64,000 bases of DNA from Octopus vulgaris (Eukaryota), in NCBI GenBank assembly GCA_951406725.2, contig OX597834.1:38192001-38256000 (forward strand). The letters are read 5' to 3'. Position numbers and translations under genes: made by a program. Shown here in pieces: positions 13,254 to 26,699 of this stretch (positions are counted from its first letter, which is position 1; each line of letters opens with the position of its first letter). Under the pieces are notes generated by a model. The model was not told the origin of the DNA, made no database searches, and was given only the letters and a program-made list of their open reading frames with translations.

Positions 13254-14110
13254 TATTGGGTTGGCCAGTATGTTTGTTCAGTTTTATCAACACTAAACTT
13301 CAAGCATTCTAATAAATAGCTAACTTCAGTCCGTCCCTTGTACAAGTATTAGATACTTAATACTACAAAGTAGTTCAACACAAATTTTTGCGACAGGGCA
13401 AGCTGTATTCTATCTGCTAGGGATTGCCTTGAAGATGAAAAGCAAAAAAATGGTCATTATCAACATGGCATGCTTTTCTATTTTTAAAAAAGCAAGAGAG
13501 CAGCAGAAACCTGCAGAAGGATAGTCACTGTGATGGACAATATGAAGCAAAAATGATGATGGGGGAAGCCTAGTGAACCACAACAAACAACCTCCAAAGC
13601 AGAAATTCAGCTGAAGGTTATGCTTTCAATTTGGTGGTATCGAAAGGATGTCTTTTACAAGCTTTTTCCCATAGACAGGGCCATCAATTCAAATGTGTAC
13701 TGTAACCAGCTGGACTAATTAATGCATTGAACCATCAGAAACATCCAACACCTGCTAATTGTAAGGGCATTGTCCTTCAAGACAACAATGGCAGACCACA
13801 CACTTCTTTGTAGATGTGACAGAAGTTACTGGGGCTTGACTAGAAAGTTTTGTCACACCTTCCATATTTGCATAATCTTGTGCCTTGAGATTTCCATCAA
13901 CTTCTATCTCTTAAAATTCTTTGAATGGAAATACCTTCAACTCTTCAGAATTGAAGGTCTGCCCATTCTGAGAATACAAAAAACTTCACCTGGAAAAAAT
14001 TTTTTCGACAGTAAAGACAAAAAATTCTAAGAGCAGAGACGTCTGTCCACATGATGGAAGGAGATAGTGGAACAAAATGGCAATTATATCATTGATTGAA
14101 TAATTCATTT
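13254..14110 (+). mobile_element. Decayed mariner (Tc1/mariner) transposon with internal deletion
   Basis: Left end TATTGGGTTGGCCAGTATG resembles mariner TIRs. Fragmented translation gives KVMLSIWW, INSNVYCNQLD, LQDN-RPH and a degenerate HPPYSPDLAPSD-like block. Many stops and frameshifts; no right TIR seen. Confidence 0.8.
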
Positions 14111-14723
14111 TGTATTTTGTTTTAATATCTACTTTTCCATGCTTGCATGGATGGGTCAGACGAAATTTATTAAGGTACATTTTTAAAAAATAGATACCCT
14201 TCCGATTGCCAACCCTCTTGTTTCCTTCCAAGCCAGGTTAATATTCCCCTGTGGCCTGATATTTTTCACTAAACAAATGATACTACATCTTATGTAGTGT
14301 CATTTATTTCCAATCTTCTGTGCTGCTCATTTACAACTATTATGTAATGTCAACTGAAGGAGACATAAATACACCCATACACACACCCAGTTTCTTTCAC
14401 TTTCTCTCTACCAAATCCACTTATAAAGCTTTGGTAAACCCAGGACTACAGTAGAAGACATTTGCCCAAGGTGCCACGCAGGACTGAACCCAAAACCACA
14501 GGGCTTTGAAGCAATCTTCTTAATTACAACCATACCTGCACCTATACGTGTGTGTGTGTGTGTGTGTGTTGAAATCTATATGTTCAATTGTTTCTTCAGT
14601 AATATATGTGGAGATAGGGAGGTATTTATGTAGAAACTAGGAAAATATCTGCTATTGAAATAAATAATAGATTCAGGGGCTAAAATATATTAGGCGTGCA
14701 TGTTATTTATTTATGTAAAGGTT

Positions 14724-14763
<40 letters not shown>

Positions 14764-15651
14764 GAGAGAGAGAGACGGTGTTGTAATTTTAGAGGCAGTT
14801 TTATACGATGCTGGATATAGTATGATAGATTTATAGGTAATTATGCAATAATAATTCAGTAGAGATGGTAAATTTGAAGTCACTAATACTGAGGGTAGAC
14901 AAGTGGAATGATTATGTAGATTAATAGGAGGGAGTTTAGGGTGTATTTTTTGAAAAATGCTAACACTATAATAATTAGAGGAAAAAAGGGAGTAATAGTA
15001 AAAGGAGAAACGGGCATACAGGAAATGTATGATTGTGAATATGTGAGAGGAAAAGGGAGAATGTGTATGACTGTAAAGGAGAGGGAAGTATGAGCTGAGA
15101 TTAAATGAGAGGGAGACGTGGAGAGAGAAAAGGGAGAGCTTGAAATAAAAACTGAGGGAGTTAAGGAGAAATAGGAAAGAGAGAAGGGAATGTGTTGGAA
15201 TAGAAGAGGGTGCGGTGACGCACAAGAGTGTATTGGAACAGGCAGGGGTCATAAATATATAGGTATTCTATATGCATACATAACACAATACGGGATTGGC
15301 TAGCGAAAAATATAGGGAAATGGTACTTGGGAATTGGGGAGGGAGGATAGATAGGGAGACACGACAGAGTGATTTAAGAGATGTAGGGCAACAACAGAAA
15401 GAGATTGAGAAATATGGGGGGAAAGTGAAAGGAATGAGCCAAAAAGGGAGCGAGACAAGTAAAAGAGGAAAGAAGGACGAGAAGAGTGAGGAGCGGGTAA
15501 AGGTAGAAAAAAATAGAGAAAATAAAGGGAAAGAGAGAAAGGAAATTGTGAAGAGAAAAGAGAGGGAGTTGGACGAAAAAAGGAGGAAGCAGCAACAACA
15601 GGAACAGCAAGAATGACGATGGTGTGGGGGAGTAGATGCTAGTGGTGGTGA

Positions 15652-15713
15652 TAGTAGTAGCAGTAGTAGTATAGTAGTAGTAGTAGTAGTAGTAGTAGCA
15701 GCAGTAGTAGTAG
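15652..15713. repeat. (AGT)n/(AGC)n trinucleotide microsatellite
   Basis: Directly visible. Confidence 0.9.
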
Positions 15714-17724
15714 ACAAACATGCATAATAGCTTACAGGGAGCCCATGTAAGAAGCAGAGTACCACAACAGCATATCAGCAGTGGCAGTCAAAGCAGCGCC
15801 GACTGCTGCTGCTGCTGTTGGCTGAGACGGCACAGCCGATGATTGCACCGGTAACTGGCGTGTGTGCATGTATGTACGTACGTATGTGTGTGTGTGTGTG
15901 TGTGCGAGCGTGCGTGAGCTGAAGCTGCTGCTGCTGCAGCCGTTGACGGCAGTGGCACAATAAAGAAAACTGGGTCAGCTAAGGTTATATAGTTGCGAAA
16001 GAGGTTTATCATTGGCGGAGAAGTGTGTCTATCGATGTGCACTTGAGTCAGCAGCAGCAGTAAACAGCGACGCCAACACCACCGGCCTAGCATCACCACC
16101 ACTGCCACGATCGGCAGCAGCAGCAAGCAGCATCAGCATCATTATTATTATTATCATCGCCATCATAATAATCAACAGCATCATCGCTGTAATCGCCAGG
16201 TCATTGACAACATGGATCGAACCAGCCAGTAGCAAAATGTCCTTTCGAAAGAGAGGAGGAAAAAATGTGAGGGTAGAAGAAAGGAGAAATAAAAGATGTG
16301 GCATGAAAGAGAGGAAAATGGTAGATGAGAAAGAAATATAGGCATCGGCGGAAGGGAGGCGGGGGTTGAGAGAAGAGACAGTGGATTGTTTTCTTCAAAA
16401 GATTTATTGATCTCCGTTGTTTATCCAACTTGAGATACGTTTACTCACTCTTTCTCTCCCTGTTGTTTCCTATATATATCGACACGCGTGCTTCATTAGT
16501 CTCTTTCTCTCTCTCTCCCTCCCTCCTTATTGCTCGAATTTCTTTCTACACTCGTCAGCTTGTTTGTCTTTGTGTCGGTGTTTAGTTTTTACCGTCTCCC
16601 AGTGTCAGTCTGTCCGACTGAAAATATGTACTAAGTGGAGGACAGATATCTGCTCCCGCTCTCTCACATAATCTTCTAAATTTCTTGGCTCACGACATCA
16701 AGTAATGCTAATACCAACTTTATTATTAATATTTTTTACACAGCAGGCATTCTTGAGTATTCTGTCCCAATTAATCTTATCACTGCCTATCTACCATCTT
16801 CTTTGTTATATATTTTGCCCCGTCCGTCTATTTATGTTACAGCAGAATCGTTAGTGTCACAGAGCGAGAGAGAAAGAGAGAAATGCCTTTTAGTGTTTAT
16901 TTACGGACCTGTACGTTCATAGTTCAAATCTTTTTGAGCTCAGCTTCGCGATTCATCCTTCCGAGGTTGATAAAGTACCGGTCAAGTACTAGAGGCGATA
17001 TTTATTCCTGTAAAGCATTATTGATATGAATGGGAGTCTATCTACTGTATAGTGTTATACTTGAAGTATTTCAATCCTTTCGTGTACGGCTGTTGGGGTT
17101 TTCTATTTTATTTTTCTTTGTTTTTATATCTACCTGCTTATCCACTGCCCACCCCCTTTTGCCAGTCAGCCTGTTAAGCTTATCCTTCTGTAGCTAATTT
17201 CTTTCCTACTCCCTTTTCCTCTATACCAAGCATTACGTAGATAAGGGAAGGGGACGTACGCACATGCAAGTATGTATCTGAGTAACGCACACGCTTATTT
17301 AATCAAATCTGTATATCTGTTTGTACGGTTGCGTACACATGCCCGTATATAATAGATACGTGTGAAGGTGGGCAAGACACACGAATGTGTGCTTAAGGCT
17401 AATAGTGCACTTGTTTGAGCAAGGAAACTAAAAGCCTGCTACCATCCCACATCCTCTCGTATTTTTTTTATATATTACAAAATTAAACAAGGGGAGGTTG
17501 AGGAGTAGAAAGGGCAAGAGAAAAAGAATTGAACAGCAATCTACACACAAACAGATACAGCTAAATAAAATATGGATAGGTTAGTTACATCGTACAGTTT
17601 TTTTTCAAAGAAAAAACTGTAACTGATATTAGATACACAGAGATGTGAGTGCGCCGGTCCTAAGACAAGGGCGTGCACATGAGTGCAGGGCTTTTCTACT
17701 ACTTGAATTACATTCACGTTGGGT

Positions 17725-17729
<5 letters not shown>

Positions 17730-17814
<85 letters not shown>
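17730..17814. repeat. (TA)n microsatellite
   Basis: Directly visible pure TA run. Similar runs occur at ~20721-20795 and ~42358-42452. Confidence 0.95.
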
Positions 17815-17818
<4 letters not shown>

Positions 17819-18459
17819 TCGCTTGACTGATATTTCATTGTATCAGTCCCGGAAATACGGGATAGTGAGGCTGACTTGCGCGAGATTTGAACCCAGAAAG
17901 TAAAGGGCTGTAACTAAATACCAACAAGCAATCTGTCCGACTTCAGCTTTCGCACATTTACATTTTAGCTTTCTATGTTTGAACACACACACACACACAC
18001 ACATACACACGTAAGCACGCGCGGCAATTTTGAGAAATGTGTGCGCGTGCGTGTGTATGTATGTATGCTTGTGAGAGCGCGCGCACGCGCCTCATTTAAC
18101 GGTTGCCCCTGTTGCTTCTCAGCATTTTTAATATATACTCCCATTGCTGTAGCTATGTGTCAGTCAGTCAGTAGGACAGACACTCACTGTGTAAAGTGTA
18201 CTTGCAGAGGGAATATGACTGATCAATGCCTCTTCTCTCTCTGTCTCTTTCTCTTTCCATCAGGAATGAGGTAAAGAGAAGGAAGGTAAGGTTGTGGTGA
18301 CGACCGACCAATAAAAGTGGGAGAAGAAGAAGAAAGACTATGTGTGTGTGTGTATATATATATATATGTCTGTGTAGACATATACACACACACACGCTAT
18401 ACAGCATGCAGAGAGAAGAGAGAGAGAGAAAAGAAATGATAAAGGTGTAAGAAATTTTA

Positions 18460-18890
18460 AGTGACGATGGCAGCGGCGGCGGCAGCTGCGAGGAATGCCG
18501 GGGCGTTTATAGAGAGACTACGGAAGTGTGTGTGTGTGTGTCGACAAAGAAGCAACCAGACAGACAGACAGACACACTACGATTTCTTTTTCAGGAAATT
18601 AGAAAACAGCTTAAAGTTTGCCCTTCGGTTGAAATCTAAACAACTCTAGTTTGCGATTCCTAATCGCAGTTATTTGACTTATACTATAATAAATAAATGC
18701 TTTTTCAAAATTAAAATCAGACGCCTCAGTTTCATTTTCTCTTATAAACATTTAAAAAAATAAACAAATAAAGAAGAAAAAAAAAGAGCGTCATCGTTCT
18801 GCAAGGTTAACTCTGTGGCGAATCGAATCCGTGACCTGATTCCGAACTTTAGTTGTAGCAACAAAACTTGCATCACTTCCTGTGCTGTCT
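18460..18890. promoter_or_regulatory. Putative intronic promoter region
   Basis: CpG-rich unique sequence with minus-strand TATAAA (18511-18506), ETS-like CGGAAGTG (18521-18528) and CACTTCCTG (18874-18882), a (GCG)n tract, and the dyad TGCGATT-cct-AATCGCA (~18652-18668). Motif evidence only. Confidence 0.35.
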
Positions 18891-19331
18891 ATCAAGACAA
18901 ACAACTACAATGGCTCTTTTTTTTTTTTTTCTTTTTCTTTTTCCGATTTCGCTGAAGAGTAAAAAGCGAGTTGAAATATTAGACTTTCTCCTCAGCAAGG
19001 CAACTGAACTAACTTATTCGACATTCTGCAAACTCTTTTACGTAAGAAGAGCTTGCAGAATTGCCCACTTTTCACTTTTTTTTTTTCGAAACAATATATA
19101 AATTATGAAAAAAAAAAGAAATCCTCTATGATATGTGAAGAGGTATGTGAAAAAAAATGTCATTTTTCTATAACTTTCACACCGAATTTAAAGCGAAATT
19201 GATTTTTTCTTTCTTAATATTAATGATAGCATTAAAGCATTTATTTACATACCGCAGACATACTTTCAAGGGGTTACTCAAAACGGGTCTAAATATTCTA
19301 CGTAATGTATACTTGTGTGCGTATGTCTCTC

Positions 19332-19362
<31 letters not shown>

Positions 19363-19541
19363 TATAAAAACAACAAAAGTCAAAAGGACGTACACAGTGA
19401 ATATATCAGGTTGGCGCAGTTTAAAGAAAGAAAAAAAGAGGGTGTGCGACGTTTCGAGCATGGCTCTTCGTCGGAAAGAGGAAAGGTCCGGAGAGAAGGA
19501 AAAGAATAGTCGGAGAAAAGATTATATATATATATATATAA

Positions 19542-19572
<31 letters not shown>

Positions 19573-20708
19573 CGTGTACACACATGGTGAAGATTATATA
19601 GTTTCACATAGTAAGGGAAAATAGAAAGGGCTATAAAGATGCTGTTGAAAATAAGTGAGTAACCAAGTCTTTCAGAGAAACGGATGCATGTACCCGAAGC
19701 AAAAAAAAACTCAAAAAAACACCCTACTTGAACGAATAGGAAAGAGGGCCGAAAGGGAATTGGTGAACGTGTCACTGTGTAAATAAATATAAAAATAGAC
19801 TGCAGTTCTTGTAGTAGGATAGTTGAATTTAATAAACCATGTCATCCAGCAGTAGACATCAAAGTATCCTCCAGTGGGGCCATGCCAATCTTGTTCCAGT
19901 TAACAGCAGAAAAATGACTACTTATAAAAAAAAAACACCAATGCACCCCACCCTCCTTAAAAATAAGTAGCACTCAACTAGAAACCTCACAGTCGCACTA
20001 AATGTAGGGCTTCAATATCACCGAGGACTCGCCTGGCGAAAGCACATGGTGCATCCAAAGAGACACCCTCCTCTTCAGATTTAGAAAATATTTCAATCTC
20101 AACAATTACTGACACTTTACAAAGCTCACACGAGGCCTACAACAGAGTACTAACCCCCACATCAAGGACAATGTTGCATCTGTACACATCTACATTCTAG
20201 ACCGCAAGCAAAGGCCAGTCGGCCGACAGGTATACAAATACAAATACAGTCTCTGGCCCATAAAAAGTGCTGTCTTCTCTGTCTGCCATTTCCGCCACCA
20301 TGCTAATAGTTTCTGTTCCAGGGAGATGGCTGTCTCCCGACCGCCCGGCTTGGACAATCCTGAGTCACTCGTCTCACCCCTCTCATCAATCATGTTGCGT
20401 TCAATAGCCAAGCCCAGGCCCTGCAGTACAGTATCCACTATACTGTGTCCTTCTTCCTCAGGACATGGTCCTGATGGAATCTTTTTCCTTGCTCATATCT
20501 TTCATGCAAATTTTAATTTGGAACAGGACTGCGAAGGCCATCGTCACTGACAGCTCCTTCGTCCAGACCCAGCAAGTAATACACACACAAAGACATTGTG
20601 TGTGTGTGTGTGTTTCAGAACTGTGTTAGGTGAGTTCTACACCAGGTTATTAGTCTCGCAATGCCTAAGCGAATTATATACATACACATATATTCTATAT
20701 ACAAATAC

Positions 20709-20797
<89 letters not shown>

Positions 20798-20910
20798 AGT
20801 AAGCACATAAATGTGAAACAAGGTGGTAAAAAGAGTACTCAAAATACCAGAGGTAGAGTAATATGTTTTATTTAAAAGTAGCAGAAATGTTTCTGCTACT
20901 TAAAAATAAA

Positions 20911-20960
<50 letters not shown>

Positions 20961-22747
20961 GTGTGTGTGTATATATATATACACACTCACACAGACGACA
21001 GATGGATTGGCTGGCTGTTAGGTAGCCAAGAATGATGGAAGTCGCGTACAGTATTATTATAGAGATGGGTGTACAACGGCAAAGTCATTGTGGAAATCTT
21101 ACTTCTTACATCATACTTGGCTGCTGGCTTTTTTTTTCATTTTTTTTTTATCTCCCGCTCTCTTTGCACATTGGCCTCATTCTTTCTTGTCACATCCTCT
21201 CTCCCTCTCTCTCTCTCTCTCTCTCTTCTGTATTTAACCTCCGCCTCTTCCCTCTTTATGATTTTTTTCTTCTCCCTCTCCGTCTTAATTTCATGGTACT
21301 TCCTCGATTTATCTATAGCTTTCCTCACTAATCCCTCATATCTTTGTCTTTGACTACTATCGCCTGTCTGTCTCTATGCACGTATTTATGTATGCATGTG
21401 TTACTACTATAGTTATTGTGCTTGCCGTTTTCTCATTCCTTTGTTACCGTTAAGTTTGTCAATCCTTCGTCTTTTTCGTTTTATTTCCATCTTCTCTTTC
21501 CCCCTCTCCCCTGTTACATTTACCTGCTTCTTTCCTGTGCATGCTCCCTCTTATTCTATCCTTCTCATTTCTCCCTGCTATTCCTCTCTCTTTTCCCTAG
21601 TTTTTGTGTCTGTTAACGCCTAGTTTCTCTTCAGGTATCACACCTCACTCACACGACTTTCCTCATTTCTCCCATATTTCTCGCCATCAACCTCTTTAGC
21701 ACCCATGTAATTATTATTTCCTATTATTATATCACTTATCATTTTTTTCTTAATAGCGCACTCTAATATTTTCGTTGTATATATTCTCTCGCCATCTCTC
21801 TTTTTCGCTACATCCGATTTGTCTTTTTCTCGTGTTCTTTCCTAAGAACTGTTGTTGCTATTGTTATTGTTATAACCATAATGATGTCGATAGTGGACTT
21901 GCTGTTTACGTTGTGAAAATCAGCAAACCCAACCTGAAAATGCATGCCCTACCATCCACCTGATCGTTACTATTTCAAACACACACACACACGGTGTATG
22001 CCAAGAACCCTATCCCTATTTTTCTTAGCTTCTGTTAATATTAGTCTCCTGTTTTCTCTTCCTTTCTTCTCTCATAGCTAATCTAAACACTGGAATAATT
22101 TCCTTATCCTTAATTTTTTAAACGAAGCAATTTAGAGTAAAATATTTAACAGGAACTCTGCTCGACCTGTGTTGTTCATGCCTTTTCCAGAAGCATTTGT
22201 GATGTAATCAAACTGTTGTGAATGAGAAATAAGACCGAGACCCGACTTGTTAAGAACCAAGGTCACTGACAAAGCATGCCTATCCATCGAAGGCATTCAA
22301 GCTATGATGAAAAAGAGGAAGAAGGTCGACACATTCGATTTCTCAATATCGAAACTTTCCATACCCTCCATCACAGAGCAAACCAGTCAAAAGTCTGGGA
22401 GAGTTCTTTGAATTAATTGTAAAAGACTTTGCTGATGTTCAAAAATTCAAAAAGACCTTAAAGTACATTATTAAAAAGTCGTCGAGTTAAGCCTGCCACA
22501 TAAATATGCATACGTGTATGAGAGTGTATGTGTGTTTACATAAATTTGATTCAGATATAAATAGAAACATTATTGTTTCTAAATCTCTCAAAAAATTATA
22601 TTCAGTAACAGTACTTTATGTAAGGGCACAGATATTGTGCCGTATAGCCATCAGCCAACCGGAAACGACTTTTCCTGTGGCTAAACAGCAGTAATATTCG
22701 TCCCATCCAGGACTGCCACATTATGTTGGCAAACTGTTCTTACTTTG

Positions 22748-22786
<39 letters not shown>

Positions 22787-22789
<3 letters not shown>

Positions 22790-22960
22790 CAACCGATGCT
22801 GGTGTGTTTACGTCCCCGTCACTTAGCGGTTCGGCAAAAGAGACCGATAGAATAAGTCCTGGGCTTACAAAGAATAAGTCCCGGGGTCGATTTGCTCGAC
22901 TAAAGGCGGTGCTCCAGCATGGCCGCAGTCAAATGACTGAAACAAGTAAAAGAAAGTAAG
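22787..22960 (+). mobile_element. SINE family 1, 3' half, low apparent divergence
   Basis: GACAACCGATGCTGGTGTGTTTACGTCCCC...GGCCGCAGTCAAATGACTGAAACAAGTAAAAG with CpGs retained. Confidence 0.85.
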
Positions 22961-23924
22961 AGTATATGGCTTAGTGGTTAAAGTATTCGACTCACAATCC
23001 TAAGGTCATGAGTTCCTTTTCTGGCAAAAGTGAGTTGTACCTGTAATTCAAAGGATCAGACTTGTCACATTCTGTTTCATGCTGAATCTCCTTAAGGACT
23101 GCGTTAAGGGTACGTGTCTGTGCTCAGCCACATGCACGTTAATCTCGTCGTTGTAACTGACGGAGAGCTAGTTATGTAGGCAGATTCAATCCCTGAATTT
23201 ATCAACAATTTATCCTGCCCCAAGACCTGAGGCCTCTGCAGTTTTAAATAGTTCCACAGACAACAGATGTCACCCACAAAAGGAAGATCAACTTTTTCTG
23301 CAGACCATTAGAGCGTACCCTCACCCTTAGCAAGGAACCATGTACGGGACCAGTAAATTCTTGCACTTTTTACACAGGCCTCATTGAAGGATTTAAGATA
23401 ATGAACAAGATACTTCCTACAATACAGAAACGCCAAACGACCAGGAGTCATCAGATGGCACCAAGGGTAGAAAGAAATGGAAAATAGAGAAAACAGTGCA
23501 TACGCCAGCGGCCTAAGACAAAAAAAAAAAGAAGCTCGTGAGCATGAAGACAACTGGCAGAGTGGGCTTCGTATATTTCTTAGAACTTCATGTTGGCAAA
23601 CACCAGAGGGAAGTGAGACATCGTCTTCACCATGAGGAAGGGCATAGAATGAGTGAGCAGAACTGTAGGGATTAAGTGGAAGCGAGTACAGACAAGGTGT
23701 GTGCGGTAGTGCAGGATTACTAAATTTCGTCCACTCCAGTTCTTAGTCCAAGTTGTCTCATATATAAAAAAGACGAAGACAGGTGTGTAAACAACAAACA
23801 GGTGTATTAGTTTAACGCTCGGGAAGGTGAGAAAGTATCTTACGTTTCGCGCCTACGCTCTTCAACAGAAAGGAACACGAGAAAATAAACAGAGAATAAA
23901 AAAGAATATATATATATATTCTTT

Positions 23925-23978
23925 TGTTTTCAGTCATTTGACTGGAGCCATGCTGGAACACCGCTTTTAGTTGAATAA

Positions 23979-24018
<40 letters not shown>

Positions 24019-24155
24019 GCGACAAGCTTCTTTCCGTTTCCGTCAACCAAATCCATTCACAAGACTTTAGCTGGCCCGAGGCTATAGTAGAAGGCACTTG
24101 CCCAACGTGCCACACAGTGGGACTGAACCCGGAACCATGTGGTTGCTAAGAAAAC
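23925..24155 (-). mobile_element. SINE family 1, internally deleted copy
   Basis: Head (GGGACTGAACCCGGAACCATGTGG on +) and tail (TTTCAGTCATTTGACTG) are joined through a microsatellite. Confidence 0.78.
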
Positions 24156-24257
24156 TTCTTGCCATATATGTGTGTATGTGCGTTTATACATACATACACA
24201 CACAAAAAAATCAAATTTGAGAAACTTCCTACACTTAGATTCCTGGATTTTACCCTT

Positions 24258-24306
<49 letters not shown>

Positions 24307-24829
24307 CACATGTGTACATACATAGATGCATATACATATACAGCCAAACATTGATATATAAACGCATACATATTTATGTATTTATATGTATATATTTACA
24401 CACACAGATGTGAAAGATATAAAATATTTTATACGAACTATTATTAATAAGTTAGGAAGTCATATGACAATAAATTTATTTAGTACAAATATATGTACAT
24501 TTGAAAGAACACATTTACTTTTATTTAAAACCGTTAAAATATATTTGCTATTTTCTCATATATTACACGGTTTATATGATGAAACAAATCAACATTAACT
24601 TACGTTCACAACAGTTTCCCGTTTTTACAGAATAATAGAGATCTATGCCTTTTTTTTTCTTTCTTTTTGCTGATGCTGAATCAATTTAAGAAAAGAAAAT
24701 GTACAAATACGGTAACAGCAATCGATTTACCAGTTTTGAAATTTCACTTATATCCACGCACACGGCTTATACGTGAGGTGAAACTATAAATCATTGTGGA
24801 CTATCTTTATAATATATACATACATATCT

Positions 24830-25001
24830 ATATGCTGAGTGTATGAGCATTTGTTTGCGTTTATGTGTACGTGTGTGTGTACACATGTGTATGTATGTAT
24901 GCATGTATACACATGTGTGTATGTATGTATATAATATGCATATATGTATATATATATTATATGTATGTATGTATACATATATATATATATATATATGTCT
25001 G

Positions 25002-25045
<44 letters not shown>

Positions 25046-25087
25046 TGTATGTATGTATATATATATATATATATATATGTCTGTATG

Positions 25088-25129
<42 letters not shown>

Positions 25130-25135
25130 TGTATG

Positions 25136-25167
<32 letters not shown>

Positions 25168-25297
25168 ATGCATGTATATACGTATGTATGTATATATACG
25201 TGTATATATATATATATATATATATATGTCTGTATGTATATATATATATATATGTGTGTGTGTGAGTGCATGTATATACGTATGTATGTATATATAC

Positions 25298-25361
<64 letters not shown>
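24830..25361. repeat. Compound (TA)n/(TATG)n/(TG)n array with higher-order units
   Basis: Repeated GTCTGTATG(TA)n and GCATGTATATACGTATGTATG blocks; source of the spurious YI-rich ORFs. Confidence 0.92.
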
Positions 25362-26699
25362 CATTGAGCGAGTGAATGAACGCAATAAAAAGTTCGTTCC
25401 ATTACGTAAAATATTATTACCATACTTCAAAAATATACTTTTAACGTATTTTCTAGTTTATACTGAACTTGAAAAACACATTCCGTATTGAAAAGAACTA
25501 TCGTAGCTCTCTCTCATTTCACATTATAATACTTATTTTTATATCAGACCTCTTTAACTCTAAGCCAACTGTAAACTTCTAAATATATATCGTACACAAG
25601 AAATATCCAAACAATTATGCTTTATGGTGTTAAAGTCGATGCTGCCAAATTTGCAGAGACCTGGCTTCTTTTTTCTAAAAATTTCTACCATTTTCCCGTT
25701 AACTTTACAGTCTACTGTCTTTTGTATTTTCATTTATATGCAAGAACCCCGAAAACGCTATCCTGACATGTTAGCTATACATGCCAAATCCAGTGGTTAA
25801 TTCTCCATCAAATCACAACCTTGTCTCATCTTAAATACAAATGTCGGTGTCGATGTGGGACTATTTCCACTGAAAGAAACTGAACCATTCCTCAGCGAAG
25901 CTTTACCAAACTCCGAACGTGGGGAGCGGGTAGATACAGCTTAGAATAATGCATGAGCCCAAAAAAATTCTTGTGATCGAGGTTCCTTTGGAGTAAAACA
26001 AGGATGGGGCAAAAAAATAGATGTGAAGAAACTGGAAGTTATAAAGGAGTAGGAGTTTAGTGGTATTGAGTGTGAGGAGTAGACAGAAACATTAGTTTGT
26101 CATACTGACTTCTGCTTTTCTCCTTCAGTCATATTTAAATCTGTCTCGTTCACACGCTCTTTCACATTCATGTATCAGTGTGTGTGTGTGTACAGGGAGA
26201 GACAGCGAGAGAGTACATTTAGAACGTCGTCGTTATTAAAATTCCACGTTCAAAAGCCATTGTTATGGCGTCAATTAGAGGAAGGAAACTTAACTTCACC
26301 GAAAAGCAACCATGTTTTAACAGTCTTTCATCGCGTGACTATCGGGTTGGGTTACATGACATCGTCATGCAAAACGCATGTAACACTTATTGTTAAAACA
26401 ATGATATATCTTTCTATACTGTTCAGAAGGAAATCCCTTGTTCACTCTTGTTCACTTAGCCTAGCATCATAAAAAAACTCTGTTTGGTGAAGGGATATCC
26501 TCAGTCATCGGCTATTGAAAGTCGATCTGATCATCTGCGACCTGGTGTCGCTTTCGGTTTAACTTAAGAATTCGACTTGGTATTTTCTTAGTTGATTACT
26601 AGCTCTACAAATGTTTTGTAATCTCTCTCTCTCTCTCTCTCTTTTTTTTTTTAACTACCAGCGATATATTTCTTTTCTTCAGTATTATATGCTGGGCTT

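Noticed and set aside
14707-15765. ORFs of 106-181 aa, either K/E/R-rich or F/L/S-rich
   Set aside because: They arise from a strongly purine-skewed low-complexity tract, with no domain or splice support.
19800-20570. Possible L1/Tx1-like LINE remnant (also 23150-23760)
   Set aside because: GC-richer and transposon-like, but I could not read a convincing motif. It needs BLASTx.
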